From: Candidatus Kaiserbacteria bacterium
GTDB taxonomy: Bacteria > Patescibacteriota > Minisyncoccia > Phycocordibacterales > Phycocordibacteraceae
Length of the DNA: 64,000 nucleotides
NCBI GenBank assembly: GCA_027451665.1
Contig: DAIDIW010000002.1
Span: 48,251 to 112,250 of the forward strand
Reading direction: 5' to 3'
Shown here: positions 1 to 9,698 of the stretch, piece after piece
Layout of the letters: each line of letters begins with the position of its first letter
How positions within the stretch are numbered: the first letter of the stretch is position 1
Made by a program: the position numbers and the translations under genes
Notes under the pieces: generated by a model
What the model was told of the DNA's origin: nothing
Databases searched by the model: none
The model's input: only the letters and a program-made list of their open reading frames with translations

Positions 1-1119
1 CTCTCGGCGCACGAAGAAGGACTGTCGCCGGTGAAGGTATCAGTTACCGAACGCGAGGGCTTCGTGACCGTCATAACCGCCCATAAGTCGAAGGGCATGG
101 AATTCGCCGAAGTGGTCATTCCGGATGCGACGGAACAGGCCTGGGAGAAGGGAGGTCGCGCCGGCATGATCCCGAGCCCGTTCGAACGTGCGCAGTCGCT
201 CGAGGATGCTCGGCGGCTCTTCTATGTGGCGCTCACGCGCGCCAAGGACCGGGCGTATCTTTCGTATGCCCATGAGAGCAGTGCCGGCCGCGAACGCGCG
301 CTGACCTCGCTTGTACCGCGAGGGCTACCGGAGATAGAAATCGAGAGTGAGGTGCTTCCGCTCCTCCATGCAAAAGTCAACGCGCCTCAAAAGGTACGCG
401 CGCTCGTCGAAACCTATCTTCAGACGGACGGGCTCTCGCCCTCGGCCGTGAACGAGTTCCTCTCCTCGCCGCCGACCTTCTTCGTGCGTCGCGTTCTGCG
501 TATCAAGGAACCGCCCGTTCCCGCGCTCGTGTACGGCTCGGCCGTCCACGCCGCGCTTGCCGTCGCACTCTCGGACAAATCGCTTCTCGCCGCCTACGCG
601 GCGCTCGAGCGCACGTTCTCACGCTCGCTTCTGCCGCGAGGCGCCGCTTTCGACAAGCTCCTCGCGGATGCGCGCCGCACATTCGATGCGGCTCGCGATG
701 AGCTTGCGTCGTTGGGTGAGCCGGTCGCTATAGAGAAGAGCCTCTCGATTGAGATACGCGTCGCAGATAAGCCGATAACGCTCAGCGGAAAGATTGACGC
801 GGTCTTCAAAGGCCCGCACGGCTTCATCGTCGCTGATTTCAAGACGGGCAGCGCCGTATCAGCAAAGAACGAAGAATATGCGCGACAGCTCGCATTCTAT
901 GCGGAGCTGCTTGCAGCGAATGACCTGCCGGTCGTCTCAGCACTCCTGCTCGGCGTCTCAGAGGACGGCATAAAACGGGTTGAATGCTCGATCGGGAAAG
1001 ACGACCGCGGGGCGGCTCTGCAGACGCTCAAGGGGATGGTCCAAGAACTCCGCTCAGGCGCGTGGCATACGGGTCAGCCGTCCGAATATGATGCGCTTCT
1101 GAAGCTATTCGAATCCTAG
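1..1119 (+). CDS. UvrD/PcrA-like helicase C-terminus fused to PD-(D/E)XK nuclease (5' partial)
   Basis: Frame open from base 1; TAHKSKGMEF and RRLFYVALTRAK helicase motifs, then GKIDAV...DFKTG...QLAFY RecB-like nuclease motif. Confidence 0.85.
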   Translation, partial: LSAHEEGLSPVKVSVTEREGFVTVITAHKSKGMEFAEVVIPDATEQAWEKGGRAGMIPSPFERAQSLEDARRLFYVALTRAKDRAYLSYAHESSAGRERALTSLVPRGLPEIEIESEVLPLLHAKVNAPQKVRALVETYLQTDGLSPSAVNEFLSSPPTFFVRRVLRIKEPPVPALVYGSAVHAALAVALSDKSLLAAYAALERTFSRSLLPRGAAFDKLLADARRTFDAARDELASLGEPVAIEKSLSIEIRVADKPITLSGKIDAVFKGPHGFIVADFKTGSAVSAKNEEYARQLAFYAELLAANDLPVVSALLLGVSEDGIKRVECSIGKDDRGAALQTLKGMVQELRSGAWHTGQPSEYDALLKLFES

Positions 1120-1799
1120 TGGTCAAGAGACTGGAGCGCGTGGTCCACGAGCTGCTTAACGGCTTCATAGGAATACGCGCCATCCATGACGATGGGCGGT
1201 TGGCCGGCTACGAGTATGAGGGAATAGGGCGTACCTTGCGCACCTGCAGCGAGCGCATTCGAGCGGTCGGCAGCGATGCGGGCGTCGACGGTTGAAGAGG
1301 CGTCGGCGAGACAGGTCGCGAAGGTATCGCTGCTGATGCCGGCGCGCGCCGCATACGTGCCGTAGTCCTGCGGATCTGCCGGCTGATTCGCGAACAACAG
1401 GTCGGCGAACTTCCAAAACGCTTCATTGCCGCCAACTTTCGACGCACATTCGGCGGCTTCGGCATCTTGTTCGGCGGTCGGGTGCAGCTCCATAATGGGG
1501 AACTCACGGAACACCCAATCTACCGCGCCATTTGCGCCCTCGTTCGCGATGATCGCGTGCAGTGTCGCGGAGAAGTTCTTGCAGTATTCGCAATCGAAAT
1601 CGGCATACTCGACGATCTTCACTGGCGCGGCAGGATTACCGAGGATATGATCGGCCGGCCCTACCGGGCGTACTGCTGCGGGATCTCCTTGCCCCGAGCT
1701 CGTCGAAGGCTCAGATCGATGGACCGAGAAATAGACCGCCGCGGCCACGATCACGCCGCCAAGGAGTATGGCGAGGGGAATCGTGGTTGAAGGCTTCAT
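1116..1799 (-). CDS. DsbA/BdbD-family thioredoxin-fold protein
   Basis: N-terminal TM; EYADFDCEYC (CxxC) and GTP cis-Pro loop. Confidence 0.85.
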   Translation of the reverse strand: MKPSTTIPLAILLGGVIVAAAVYFSVHRSEPSTSSGQGDPAAVRPVGPADHILGNPAAPVKIVEYADFDCEYCKNFSATLHAIIANEGANGAVDWVFREFPIMELHPTAEQDAEAAECASKVGGNEAFWKFADLLFANQPADPQDYGTYAARAGISSDTFATCLADASSTVDARIAADRSNALAAGAQGTPYSLILVAGQPPIVMDGAYSYEAVKQLVDHALQSLDH

Positions 1800-1838
1800 A
1801 CGCGTAGGATACCGCGGCGACGGTCGTCCTGTCTCCTG

Positions 1839-2429
1839 CTAAAGCGGGAGCGCGTGCGTGAGAGAAGGAGCGCCGTTTAACGCTTCACGCAGCCACCCGC
1901 TCGTGTCGAGCTTCACCTCGCGCTTTTCACGCAAATCCTTGTAGCGGAGCGAGCCTTTCTCGAGCGCGTGGTCGAAAAGCTCTTTCGTGATACGGACGTC
2001 CTGGATGCAATAGGCGCGCACCTTCTCGATTTCGCCGGCGGCCCACCATTCCTGGGCCAAAAGGCCGTCGGCGGACTTTCCCTTACCGAGCGTCGCTTCC
2101 GCGAGCGATTGGAGGCGCAGACGCCGTCCGAGCACGGCGTATACCTCGGCCATGAGATCGAGCGAACGGATGCGCGTGAGGTCACCTGGGTAGTAGCGAT
2201 TCAAGAGCGGTATGTCGAAGCTGTCAGAGTTATACCCGATGAACAGATCGGTTGATTCGAGTATCGGCCAGAGCGCGGGTAATTCTTCGCGCGTGTAGGA
2301 TTTATAGGTCGCATCCGCCGAATCGTAGAGTGCGAGGAGCGTCAATTCCTGATCGTCGAGATCGATACGACCGCGTACCAGAGTGCCGCTTTTCGAAATG
2401 CTCTCAATGTCGAAGACGAGATAGCGCAT
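1839..2429 (-). CDS. RNase H-like (YprB/DEDD) exonuclease domain protein
   Basis: VFDIES, GYNSDSFD, YCIQDV motifs. Confidence 0.8.
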   Translation of the reverse strand: MRYLVFDIESISKSGTLVRGRIDLDDQELTLLALYDSADATYKSYTREELPALWPILESTDLFIGYNSDSFDIPLLNRYYPGDLTRIRSLDLMAEVYAVLGRRLRLQSLAEATLGKGKSADGLLAQEWWAAGEIEKVRAYCIQDVRITKELFDHALEKGSLRYKDLREKREVKLDTSGWLREALNGAPSLTHALPL

Positions 2430-3688
2430 TATCGTACGAAAGAGGGGAGCGCGTCGATCGAGAATGCCGTCTCCACACCGGTCGACAGCGTCTTCACGCG
2501 CATCGCATTATTTGCGAGTTCATCCGCTCCATAGGCGGCAAAGAAGGGTATGCCGCGCTTCACGGCATCTTTTACCTGGTCGCCGAGCCCCCTCTCGGTG
2601 AGATTCACGAATACCCGGACGCCGCGCGTGCGTAACTTCGCAGCGAACGCTTGGGCTGCGGGCACATCCTCCTGCCGAGGTGTCCCGAGATAGAGCTGCG
2701 GACGCGCTCTCCCGGTATCGAGCGGAAGCTTGTGCGCTTCGATGAAATCCGAGAGCGTGACGTCACCGAGCGCGAAACCGATTGCCGGGATGGGATCGCC
2801 TCCAAAAAGCGCGACGAGACGGTCATAGCGGCCGCCTCCAAAAAGCGCGCGCGGATTAGCGGGATCGGTGTCATAGAGCTCGAATACCATTCCGGTGTAA
2901 TAGTCGAATCCGCGTGTGATCGTCGGGTCGAAGACGGCATTGCTGACGCCGCGTGCGGAAAGCGCGGTGAGCCGGTCGAGGAGTCGCTTCTTCTCTTCCG
3001 CGACGGCCGGGTCCCGGCCGGCGTCCACGATGAATGCGAGCGGATCCTTGCTCGTAATCGCGCTTCGCGCCGCATTAAAGGCTTCAGGCGTCATCTTGTC
3101 CTTCTTATCGAGGAGCCGAAGATACGCGCGCACGCCGTCTTCGGTAAGACCGGCAGCGGTACACGCCGCGTTCAAGAGCGGACGTGCATTCACGCGGATT
3201 ACGAAGTCGCGCTCGGCCGCACCAAGATCCTTCATGAGCGTTGCGGCGAGCGCAAGCGTTTCGATGTCCGCTTCGCCCTCAGGAAGCCCGAGGACATCGA
3301 TGTCGCACTGGTAAAACTCACGGAGCCGTCCCTTCTGCGGTCGCTCATAGCGGAAACGGTTGCCAATTGAGAACCAGCGTAGCGGAAAGGCAAGTTCGCG
3401 GCGTTTGCCCGCGACCATGCGCGCCAAGGTCGGCGTCATCTCAGGGCGAAGCGTGACGCGGCGATCGCCGCGATCCGTAAAGGTATAGGTCTGCTCGTTC
3501 ACTATCTCTTCCGAGGTTTTCGCTTCGTAGAGCTCAGCGCGCTCGAGCGGGGATGCCTGGTATTCCTCGAAGCCGGCGAGCGCGAGCGTTTCCCGGAGCC
3601 GCGCGAACATAGCCTCCATTCGCGCCCAATCGGCAGGATAGAAGTCGCGCACCCCTTTGTACGGTTCTGTCGTAAGCTTTTCGCTCAT
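2429..3688 (-). CDS. hisS: Histidine--tRNA ligase
   Basis: KGVRDF, LRPEMT, FRYERPQKGRLREF, RGFDYYTG, GGGRYD. Confidence 0.97.
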   Translation of the reverse strand: MSEKLTTEPYKGVRDFYPADWARMEAMFARLRETLALAGFEEYQASPLERAELYEAKTSEEIVNEQTYTFTDRGDRRVTLRPEMTPTLARMVAGKRRELAFPLRWFSIGNRFRYERPQKGRLREFYQCDIDVLGLPEGEADIETLALAATLMKDLGAAERDFVIRVNARPLLNAACTAAGLTEDGVRAYLRLLDKKDKMTPEAFNAARSAITSKDPLAFIVDAGRDPAVAEEKKRLLDRLTALSARGVSNAVFDPTITRGFDYYTGMVFELYDTDPANPRALFGGGRYDRLVALFGGDPIPAIGFALGDVTLSDFIEAHKLPLDTGRARPQLYLGTPRQEDVPAAQAFAAKLRTRGVRVFVNLTERGLGDQVKDAVKRGIPFFAAYGADELANNAMRVKTLSTGVETAFSIDALPSFVR

Positions 3689-3759
3689 TCGACGATTTTA
3701 TCACGGCAGGTATCAGTCCGCAGTTTTCTGCGGCTGGACGCTTTCGCGCGCGCCGCTCG

Positions 3760-4299
3760 TCAGACCGACGGGTTCGGGCCGGCCTTCTCGGCGACGTACT
3801 TCAGGATGAGATCCCGCATCTGCATAGGGCGCGGTATGCCGTTCATGAGGAATTCCTCTTCCTCTCCCGCGGTCTGTACATGGATCGTACCGAGGTCGAG
3901 TAGCGAGGACAGGACGCCGGTTACCTCCGTGCTCACGTCCTGTACGCGATTGAGAAGGAGCGACGAGACCCTGCGATCGAAATAGCTGCGCTGCCGCACC
4001 TCCACGATGCGGCGGTCGGTAAGCACCCAGAGATTGAGGTAGTAGCGGGTGAACGCGCTGAAGGCGCCCGTCCAGGCCGCGAGGAGCCAGATGCCGAGTG
4101 CGAGCCGCATGAGCGGCTGCCGCACGTCGAGTGCGACCGCGTAAGGAGCGAAAAGTGGTGTGAGGCGTAAGAGCCCCGGAAGCGCGAAGGGGATGGCGAG
4201 CAGTATCGCGTAGGGAAGCAGGGTCGCAGCGAAGAGAAGCCAGTGCTTGCGCGCCTGCTTCACGACGTGTTCGCCCGGTTCGAGCTCGAATTCCTTCAT
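3760..4299 (-). CDS. Membrane protein with bacterial PH domain
   Basis: Two TM segments, then WVLTDRRIV...VQDVS...GTIHVQTAG. Confidence 0.75.
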   Translation of the reverse strand: MKEFELEPGEHVVKQARKHWLLFAATLLPYAILLAIPFALPGLLRLTPLFAPYAVALDVRQPLMRLALGIWLLAAWTGAFSAFTRYYLNLWVLTDRRIVEVRQRSYFDRRVSSLLLNRVQDVSTEVTGVLSSLLDLGTIHVQTAGEEEEFLMNGIPRPMQMRDLILKYVAEKAGPNPSV

Positions 4300-4556
4300 A
4301 CGAGCAGCGTTCCTGACAGGGCGTACGCCATGAGCGTAATCGAGAGGAAGATATGGACTGCGATCGCGGGGAAGGCAACGCGCGAGTCATGCGAGTACTT
4401 GAGCCAATGATAGATGATCACAATCGAATAGAACGCCCAGAGGCCGAATACGGCATAGAGGAAGTACTCAAGCGTGAGTCCGGCCGGTATCGTCCCGATC
4501 GGAAGATGGGCGAGGAGCGTCGCAGGCGACGATACAGAATGAAGCGGCTGGTTCAT
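4296..4556 (-). CDS. Small membrane protein
   Basis: Starts MNQPLH; two hydrophobic helices around YHWLKY; 4-nt overlaps with both neighbours. Confidence 0.6.
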   Translation of the reverse strand: MNQPLHSVSSPATLLAHLPIGTIPAGLTLEYFLYAVFGLWAFYSIVIIYHWLKYSHDSRVAFPAIAVHIFLSITLMAYALSGTLLV

Positions 4557-5311
4557 CTTGCTTTTGAGCGTACCACCAAGAGCCGGAGGATACCGTGCTG
4601 GTCCGGGGATAGCTCCGTCGCGAAGCCCTCCGACTCGAAGAGCGCTCGCGCGTTCTTGGCGTTCGCGTGATCGCACTCGATCCATGCCTGCCCGTCCGGC
4701 GAAAGATGCTCGGGCAGCTCGCGTGCGATGCGTCGCAAGATCGCGAGTCCATCATTCCCCGCGAAGAGCGCGGCGGGCGGCTCGAAGTCAGCGACGCTAG
4801 GGTCGAGTACGCGATGGGCAGGGATGTACGGAGGATTGCTCGCGATGACCTCGAAGCGCAGCTTCGGAAAAGGCTCGAACAGATCGCCGATCCCTACGTG
4901 CGCGCGCGAGCCGTCGAGCCCGTTCTCTCGTATATTCGCGCGGATGGTCGCCTCGTGCGCTCCGTCGAGTTCGCCGAAGTGGACATCCGCTTGCGGGAGT
5001 CTCGCGAGCGCAGCGCACCCGATCGCGCCGCTTCCCGAGCACAGGTCGAGAAACCGAATCTTGCTCGCTCCCCATTCATCCCGCACAGCCTTGAGCATGC
5101 GTTCCGTCCACCACTCGGTCTCGGAGCGGGGTATGAGCGGATGCGAATCGAGACGGATCGTAAGCCCGAGAAAGGGTGTGTGGCCGATAACGTAGGCCAC
5201 TGGCTCGCCGGCTGCAAGCCGGTGCCGGTCCTCTTCGAAGCCGGGGTTCGGCGTGCCGCCGTATTTCTCATCGAGCACCCAGCGCTCCTCGCGCGAGCCG
5301 TCCATGGGCAT
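4553..5311 (-). CDS. prmC: Release factor glutamine methyltransferase (short HemK)
   Basis: GEPVAYVIG, LIPRSETE, DLCSGSG, SNPPY; start taken at MPMDG rather than the long ORF start. Confidence 0.92.
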   Translation of the reverse strand: MPMDGSREERWVLDEKYGGTPNPGFEEDRHRLAAGEPVAYVIGHTPFLGLTIRLDSHPLIPRSETEWWTERMLKAVRDEWGASKIRFLDLCSGSGAIGCAALARLPQADVHFGELDGAHEATIRANIRENGLDGSRAHVGIGDLFEPFPKLRFEVIASNPPYIPAHRVLDPSVADFEPPAALFAGNDGLAILRRIARELPEHLSPDGQAWIECDHANAKNARALFESEGFATELSPDQHGILRLLVVRSKAR

Positions 5312-5341
5312 GCACGGTAGCACGCGTGGTAAGATTCGCCT

Positions 5342-5791
5342 ATGCGTTTCCACGTCTGGCACACGCTGCTGTCGGTCTTCTATGCGGCGCTCGCCGTCCT
5401 CGCGTATCTCTGGCTCGCCGCCACGCAGCGTCTCACGGGCTACCTGTCTGCGGGCGAATTCATCCTGATCGCGCTCGCGATACAGCGGCTCGTGCGTCTG
5501 TTCACGTACGACGCGATAACGGCATTCATCCGTGAGTGGTTCGCCGGTGCCGATCCCCGCAGTTTCCGCGGTTCGCTCGGGACGCTCATAAACTGCCCCT
5601 GGTGTACCGGTCTCTGGTTCGCGCTCGTCGTCGTATTCTGCTATTTCAGGTGGCCGACGGCGAGCTGGTATGCCATCCTCGTCCTCGCGCTCTCCTCGGT
5701 CGCTTCGATGCTGCAGCTCTTCGCGAACTATCTCGGATGGAGCGCCGAATCGCGTAAGCAAGCGTGCAAGCCGATGCCGCTCCCGCGCTAG
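5342..5791 (+). CDS. DUF1360-like membrane protein
   Basis: RLVRLFTYDAIT and LINCPWCTGLW motifs. Confidence 0.7.
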   Translation: MRFHVWHTLLSVFYAALAVLAYLWLAATQRLTGYLSAGEFILIALAIQRLVRLFTYDAITAFIREWFAGADPRSFRGSLGTLINCPWCTGLWFALVVVFCYFRWPTASWYAILVLALSSVASMLQLFANYLGWSAESRKQACKPMPLPR

Positions 5792-5893
5792 CTTCCGACT
5801 GGTCTCGCGCGAGTCGCGTCTCTGTGCTCTACTGTGTGCAGCTTGTGAGATTCACAGGTCTTTGAGCGTAAGCTCTACGAGAGGGGGGCAGGT

Positions 5894-6361
5894 ATGGCTT
5901 GGACAGACGAACAAGTAGAGCGGCTTCGTTCCTTGTGGACCGAAGGACTTAGCGCGAGCGAGATCGCGGTGGCACTCCACCCCGTGACTCGGAACGCGGT
6001 CATAGGTAAGATACATCGCCTCGGGCTTGCGGGGAGGCGAGTCGCATCTCTCAGTGAGCGACCGCGGCTCTTAAGAGCTCCGCGGCTGCCAAAGCTCGGA
6101 CCGCAGGAGCTTCCTCCGTCTCCGGCGCTTCCAGTCACGTATGACGAGCCGCCGCCAGTGCGGCTTGATGACGGTGAACTGGTCGGCATCCTTGCAGTCA
6201 ACGATCGCACGTGCCGATGGCCGATTGGCGACCCGAGCGAGGATGGTTTCCACTTCTGCGGAAGAAAGCCGGAACCAGGCTCGCCGTATTGCGATCACCA
6301 TAAGCGCAGGGCGCATCAGCCGCCGAATGAGAAGCGGCTGAAAGGGACGATGCGCTCATGA
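5894..6361 (+). CDS. gcrA: GcrA-family cell-cycle regulator
   Basis: WTDEQVERLRSLWTEGLSASEIA...TRNAVIGKIHRLGL N-terminal HTH; CRWPIGDP...FHFCG...PYCDHH C-terminal domain; purine-rich RBS. Confidence 0.92.
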   Translation: MAWTDEQVERLRSLWTEGLSASEIAVALHPVTRNAVIGKIHRLGLAGRRVASLSERPRLLRAPRLPKLGPQELPPSPALPVTYDEPPPVRLDDGELVGILAVNDRTCRWPIGDPSEDGFHFCGRKPEPGSPYCDHHKRRAHQPPNEKRLKGTMRS

Positions 6362-6478
6362 ACATACGTGCCGGCGGGGAGCGTTGCTCCCTGCCGGTTT
6401 TCTTCTGGGCATGCTGCGGATGTACGCAAGACGCCCGCGCATATGCGCGGGCGTCTTCTGTTCCCAGCGAGGGAGCGA

Positions 6479-6814
6479 TTAGTAACCGCCGCGACCGAAG
6501 CCTCCGCGATCACCGCCGCCGAAACCGCCTTCGCGGCGCGGGGGGCGATCACCCTGCGGGCGAGCGAAGGAGACCGAGAGCGTGCGCCCGTCGAAGTCCT
6601 TGCCGTCCCAGCGATCGATAGCCGCCTGAGCCTCCTCCGGAGAGGACATCTCGACGAAACCGAAACCGCGCGAACGGCCGGTCATGCGATCGCTGATAAT
6701 GCTCGCGGAAACGACCGAGCCAGCCTCAGAAAAGGCCTTCTTGAGGTCATCTTCCGTCGAGCGGTAAGGGATACCGCCCACGTAGAGCTTGTTCCCCTGG
6801 ACTGAATTATCCAT
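6479..6814 (-). CDS. RRM RNA-binding protein with Gly/Arg-rich tail
   Basis: KLYVGG (RNP2), RGFGFVEM (RNP1); TTGCAT-N17-CATATT promoter-like motif about 100 nt upstream. Confidence 0.92.
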   Translation of the reverse strand: MDNSVQGNKLYVGGIPYRSTEDDLKKAFSEAGSVVSASIISDRMTGRSRGFGFVEMSSPEEAQAAIDRWDGKDFDGRTLSVSFARPQGDRPPRREGGFGGGDRGGFGRGGY

Positions 6815-7017
6815 GTGGATGTTGGGTGTGAACCGAGTAACCTCGCTGAAACTGAGCACTTGGGAGCAGGAGCGCCAAAGTTCGAATACTCTGCGAGTGC
6901 CTACAATATGCCAGAAATCCCTAGACCATGCAAGGGGAGTCGTCAAGAGTGGGGATATCTAGCATTTGCGACCCATTCGTAGCGTATCGCCCTCGGCCAC
7001 GGGGAGCGCTTCTCCGT

Positions 7018-7107
7018 CTAGTGCGTGGTAAAGGCTGCAGGGAGCAGCGTAGCGATCATGCCGATGCCGAGAAGCACCACAATAATGATGGCGAATGCCC
7101 GCTTCAT
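7018..7107 (-). CDS. 29-aa single-TM small protein
   Basis: Hand-translated MKRAFAIIIVVLLGIGMIATLLPAAFTTH*; TATGCT -10-like hexamer just upstream. Confidence 0.5.
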   Translation of the reverse strand: MKRAFAIIIVVLLGIGMIATLLPAAFTTH

Positions 7108-7163
7108 AGGGCGAGCATAGCAGAAATCCCGTCCGGCCGCATGCAGCCGGGACGGAGTCTGTG

Positions 7164-7619
7164 CTACTGCAGGCGCGGCGTAGGGATCATGGGCGCGTTC
7201 GTGCCTGGTGCCATTGGTGCCGATCCTGCAGGGCGGATATCGATCGTCTGTGCGGAGATGCTGCCGTCGCTATTGTTTGATCCGGTCACAAGGACGTTCT
7301 CTCCTACGATAAGATCGGTCGTAGTCCCCGCGACGCTTTTAAGGATGGACGTGTCGGGCGCGAGCAGCACGAGATGTGATGAGCCGTCGCGGGTCGAGAG
7401 GGTGAGGCTGCCGTTGGCGGTCTTCGCGATTGAACCCACGAGAATGCCGCCCGATACTTGCGAGCCGAGACGCGCTGTGAAGCCGCCGCGGGCGGTGCCT
7501 GTTTGAGAACCGGCCGGGAAGGTCGGTTGCGCCCTCCCGCGCGGAAGGGCATAGCCGATGCCGCCGCCCATGAGGAATACCGCTATGAGCGCACTAATCA
7601 CTTTTGCGTCGAATTTCAT
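7164..7619 (-). CDS. Membrane-anchored OB-fold-like protein downstream of the ABC exporter
   Basis: N-terminal TM; DLIVGENVLVTGSNNSDGSISAQTI pattern. Confidence 0.65.
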   Translation of the reverse strand: MKFDAKVISALIAVFLMGGGIGYALPRGRAQPTFPAGSQTGTARGGFTARLGSQVSGGILVGSIAKTANGSLTLSTRDGSSHLVLLAPDTSILKSVAGTTTDLIVGENVLVTGSNNSDGSISAQTIDIRPAGSAPMAPGTNAPMIPTPRLQ

Positions 7620-7709
7620 ACGAGGATGGACAGTCTAAGAAGAGTAATGCTGCGTTCCCAGAGGATATCGCACCAGGGCGGACCCCATGCTCCTTTGGCG
7701 GTACGGGTA

Positions 7710-8945
7710 TCATTCATAGCGCAGCGCGTCGATGGGGTTAAGCGCGGCAGCTCGGCGCGCGGGATACCAGCCGAAGACGATGCCGATTGCCGCTGAGACG
7801 CCAAAGGCAAGGAGTACGGATTGCGAGGTAACCTGCGCTGTAACGACGCCCGTGGCAGTCACGAGATAGCTCGCGCCCCAGCCGAGCGCTACGCCGATGG
7901 TGCCTCCGATGAACGTGAGTGCGACCGCTTCGGCGAGGAATTGCGTATTGATATCGGCACGTGTTGCGCCGATGGCCTTACGCAGACCGATCTCGCGCAT
8001 CCGCTCGGTCACGTTCGTGAGCATCATGTTCATAATGCCGATACCGCCTACGATGAGCGAGATGCCCGCGACCGCTGCCAGAAGGGTAGTGAACGTGCTC
8101 GTGACCGAGGAGGCTGCGGAGACGAGATCCTGCTGGTTCAGGATGCTAAAGTCGGCCTTTGTCGGATCGCTTATCCCATGGCGCGAAAGCAGTAGAGCCG
8201 TGACGTCATTCTGCACCTGAGTCATCGATTGCTGCGAGGCGGCCTGGATGTCGATTGTCGAAAGGTATTGGTTGCCTTCGCCGGCAAAGTACTGAAGCGC
8301 GGTGCCAAGCGGTATGAACACCTCGTTATCCTGGCTTCCAAAGCCGGAGCCGCCTTTCGTTGACATCAGTCCGATAACCGTGAACAGGAGATTATTGATG
8401 CGGATCTTGTCCCCGACGAGATTTGTAGAGGTCGCGTTCGGACCCCAGAGATCAGTCGCAACTGTCGAACCGATGACCGCGACCTTTTGGAGCGATTGTG
8501 ACTCGACGTCATTCAGGAATGAACCTTGCGCCATAGTGATATTGCGGATCGTCGCGTAACTGCCGTTCACGCCATCGACGGTCGTGTTCGTATTCGCGCC
8601 GGCAACGGCGATTTGATAACGCGCCGCGTATTCTCCGGAAACGAGCGAAACATTAGAGACGCCGGCGATAGCTATCTCGTCGCTCGGCGTAAGCGATTTC
8701 GCGCTCCCGCGGCCGCCTGAAGCACCGAAACCAAATGTGCGTGCGGCACCTGGCATGACCTCGAGCAGGTTCGATCCGAGGGAATTAATGGAGTTGGAAA
8801 TCGTATTTTGCGCGCCTTGGCCGATCGCGGTAAGGGCTATGACCGAGGCGATCCCGATGACGATGCCGAGGATGGTGAGACCGCTCCGCACCTTGTTCGC
8901 GGAGAGCGCAGCATACGTCTCGTCAACCAGGTCGTTCGTGGTCAT
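7710..8945 (-). CDS. MacB/FtsX-family ABC permease
   Basis: RSGLTILGIVIG, GGIGIMNMML..VTERMREIGLRKAIGA, LNPIDALRYE. Confidence 0.95.
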   Translation of the reverse strand: MTTNDLVDETYAALSANKVRSGLTILGIVIGIASVIALTAIGQGAQNTISNSINSLGSNLLEVMPGAARTFGFGASGGRGSAKSLTPSDEIAIAGVSNVSLVSGEYAARYQIAVAGANTNTTVDGVNGSYATIRNITMAQGSFLNDVESQSLQKVAVIGSTVATDLWGPNATSTNLVGDKIRINNLLFTVIGLMSTKGGSGFGSQDNEVFIPLGTALQYFAGEGNQYLSTIDIQAASQQSMTQVQNDVTALLLSRHGISDPTKADFSILNQQDLVSAASSVTSTFTTLLAAVAGISLIVGGIGIMNMMLTNVTERMREIGLRKAIGATRADINTQFLAEAVALTFIGGTIGVALGWGASYLVTATGVVTAQVTSQSVLLAFGVSAAIGIVFGWYPARRAAALNPIDALRYE

Positions 8946-9697
8946 GAGAGCTTGTTCGTTACCGATTCGTCGGTGCCGTCATAGAGCTTTGTTTCCTGCG
9001 TTGCGTCGCGCGGCGTCGGATTCTTCTCATCCGCTACGACGCGGCCATCCCTTAGGCGTATGAGACGGTCAGCGTGCTCGGCGATGTCCGGTTCGTGCGT
9101 GATGAGGACGATCGTGCGCCCATGCGCGCGGTTCAACTTCTGGAGCGTGCCAAGCACGACGAGCGAGGTTTTTGAATCGAGGTTGCCCGTGGGCTCGTCC
9201 GCGAGAATAAGAGCCGGATCGTTTACGAGGGCGCGAGCGATCGCGACACGCTGTATCTGCCCGCCCGAAAGCTGATTCGAGAGATGGGAGAAGTGGTCCT
9301 CGGAGAGTCCCGCTGAAACGAGCGCCGCGCGGGCCCGGCGCTCGCGTTCCTCTTCCGGGACGTTTGCGTAGACGAGAGGAAGCATGACGTTCCTCAGTAC
9401 TGTGGTGCGGGGAAGGAGATTGAATGCTTGGAAGACAAAGCCGATTTTGTCCTTGCGCACCTCCGCGAGCTCGTCGTCAGTCATGGTCGATACGTCGCGA
9501 TCCTCGAGCACGTAGGTACCGCTCGAAGGTGTATCGAGACATCCGATGATATGCATCAGAGTCGACTTGCCGGAGCCCGAGGGCCCCATAATGGACACGA
9601 ACTCGCCTTCACGGATTGTGAATGAGATGCCCTTGAGCGCCGTGTACGCCTCTTGTCCCTCCCCGTAGGTCTTTGTGATGTCTGAAAGCTCAATCAT
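8942..9697 (-). CDS. ABC transporter ATP-binding protein (MacB/LolD type)
   Basis: GPSGSGKS, LSGGQ, ILADEPTGNLD. Confidence 0.95.
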   Translation of the reverse strand: MIELSDITKTYGEGQEAYTALKGISFTIREGEFVSIMGPSGSGKSTLMHIIGCLDTPSSGTYVLEDRDVSTMTDDELAEVRKDKIGFVFQAFNLLPRTTVLRNVMLPLVYANVPEEERERRARAALVSAGLSEDHFSHLSNQLSGGQIQRVAIARALVNDPALILADEPTGNLDSKTSLVVLGTLQKLNRAHGRTIVLITHEPDIAEHADRLIRLRDGRVVADEKNPTPRDATQETKLYDGTDESVTNKLS

Positions 9698-9698
9698 G

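Noticed and set aside
4553-5761. 402-aa N-terminally extended PrmC
   Set aside because: The extension is antisense to the DUF1360-like gene; homology starts near 5311
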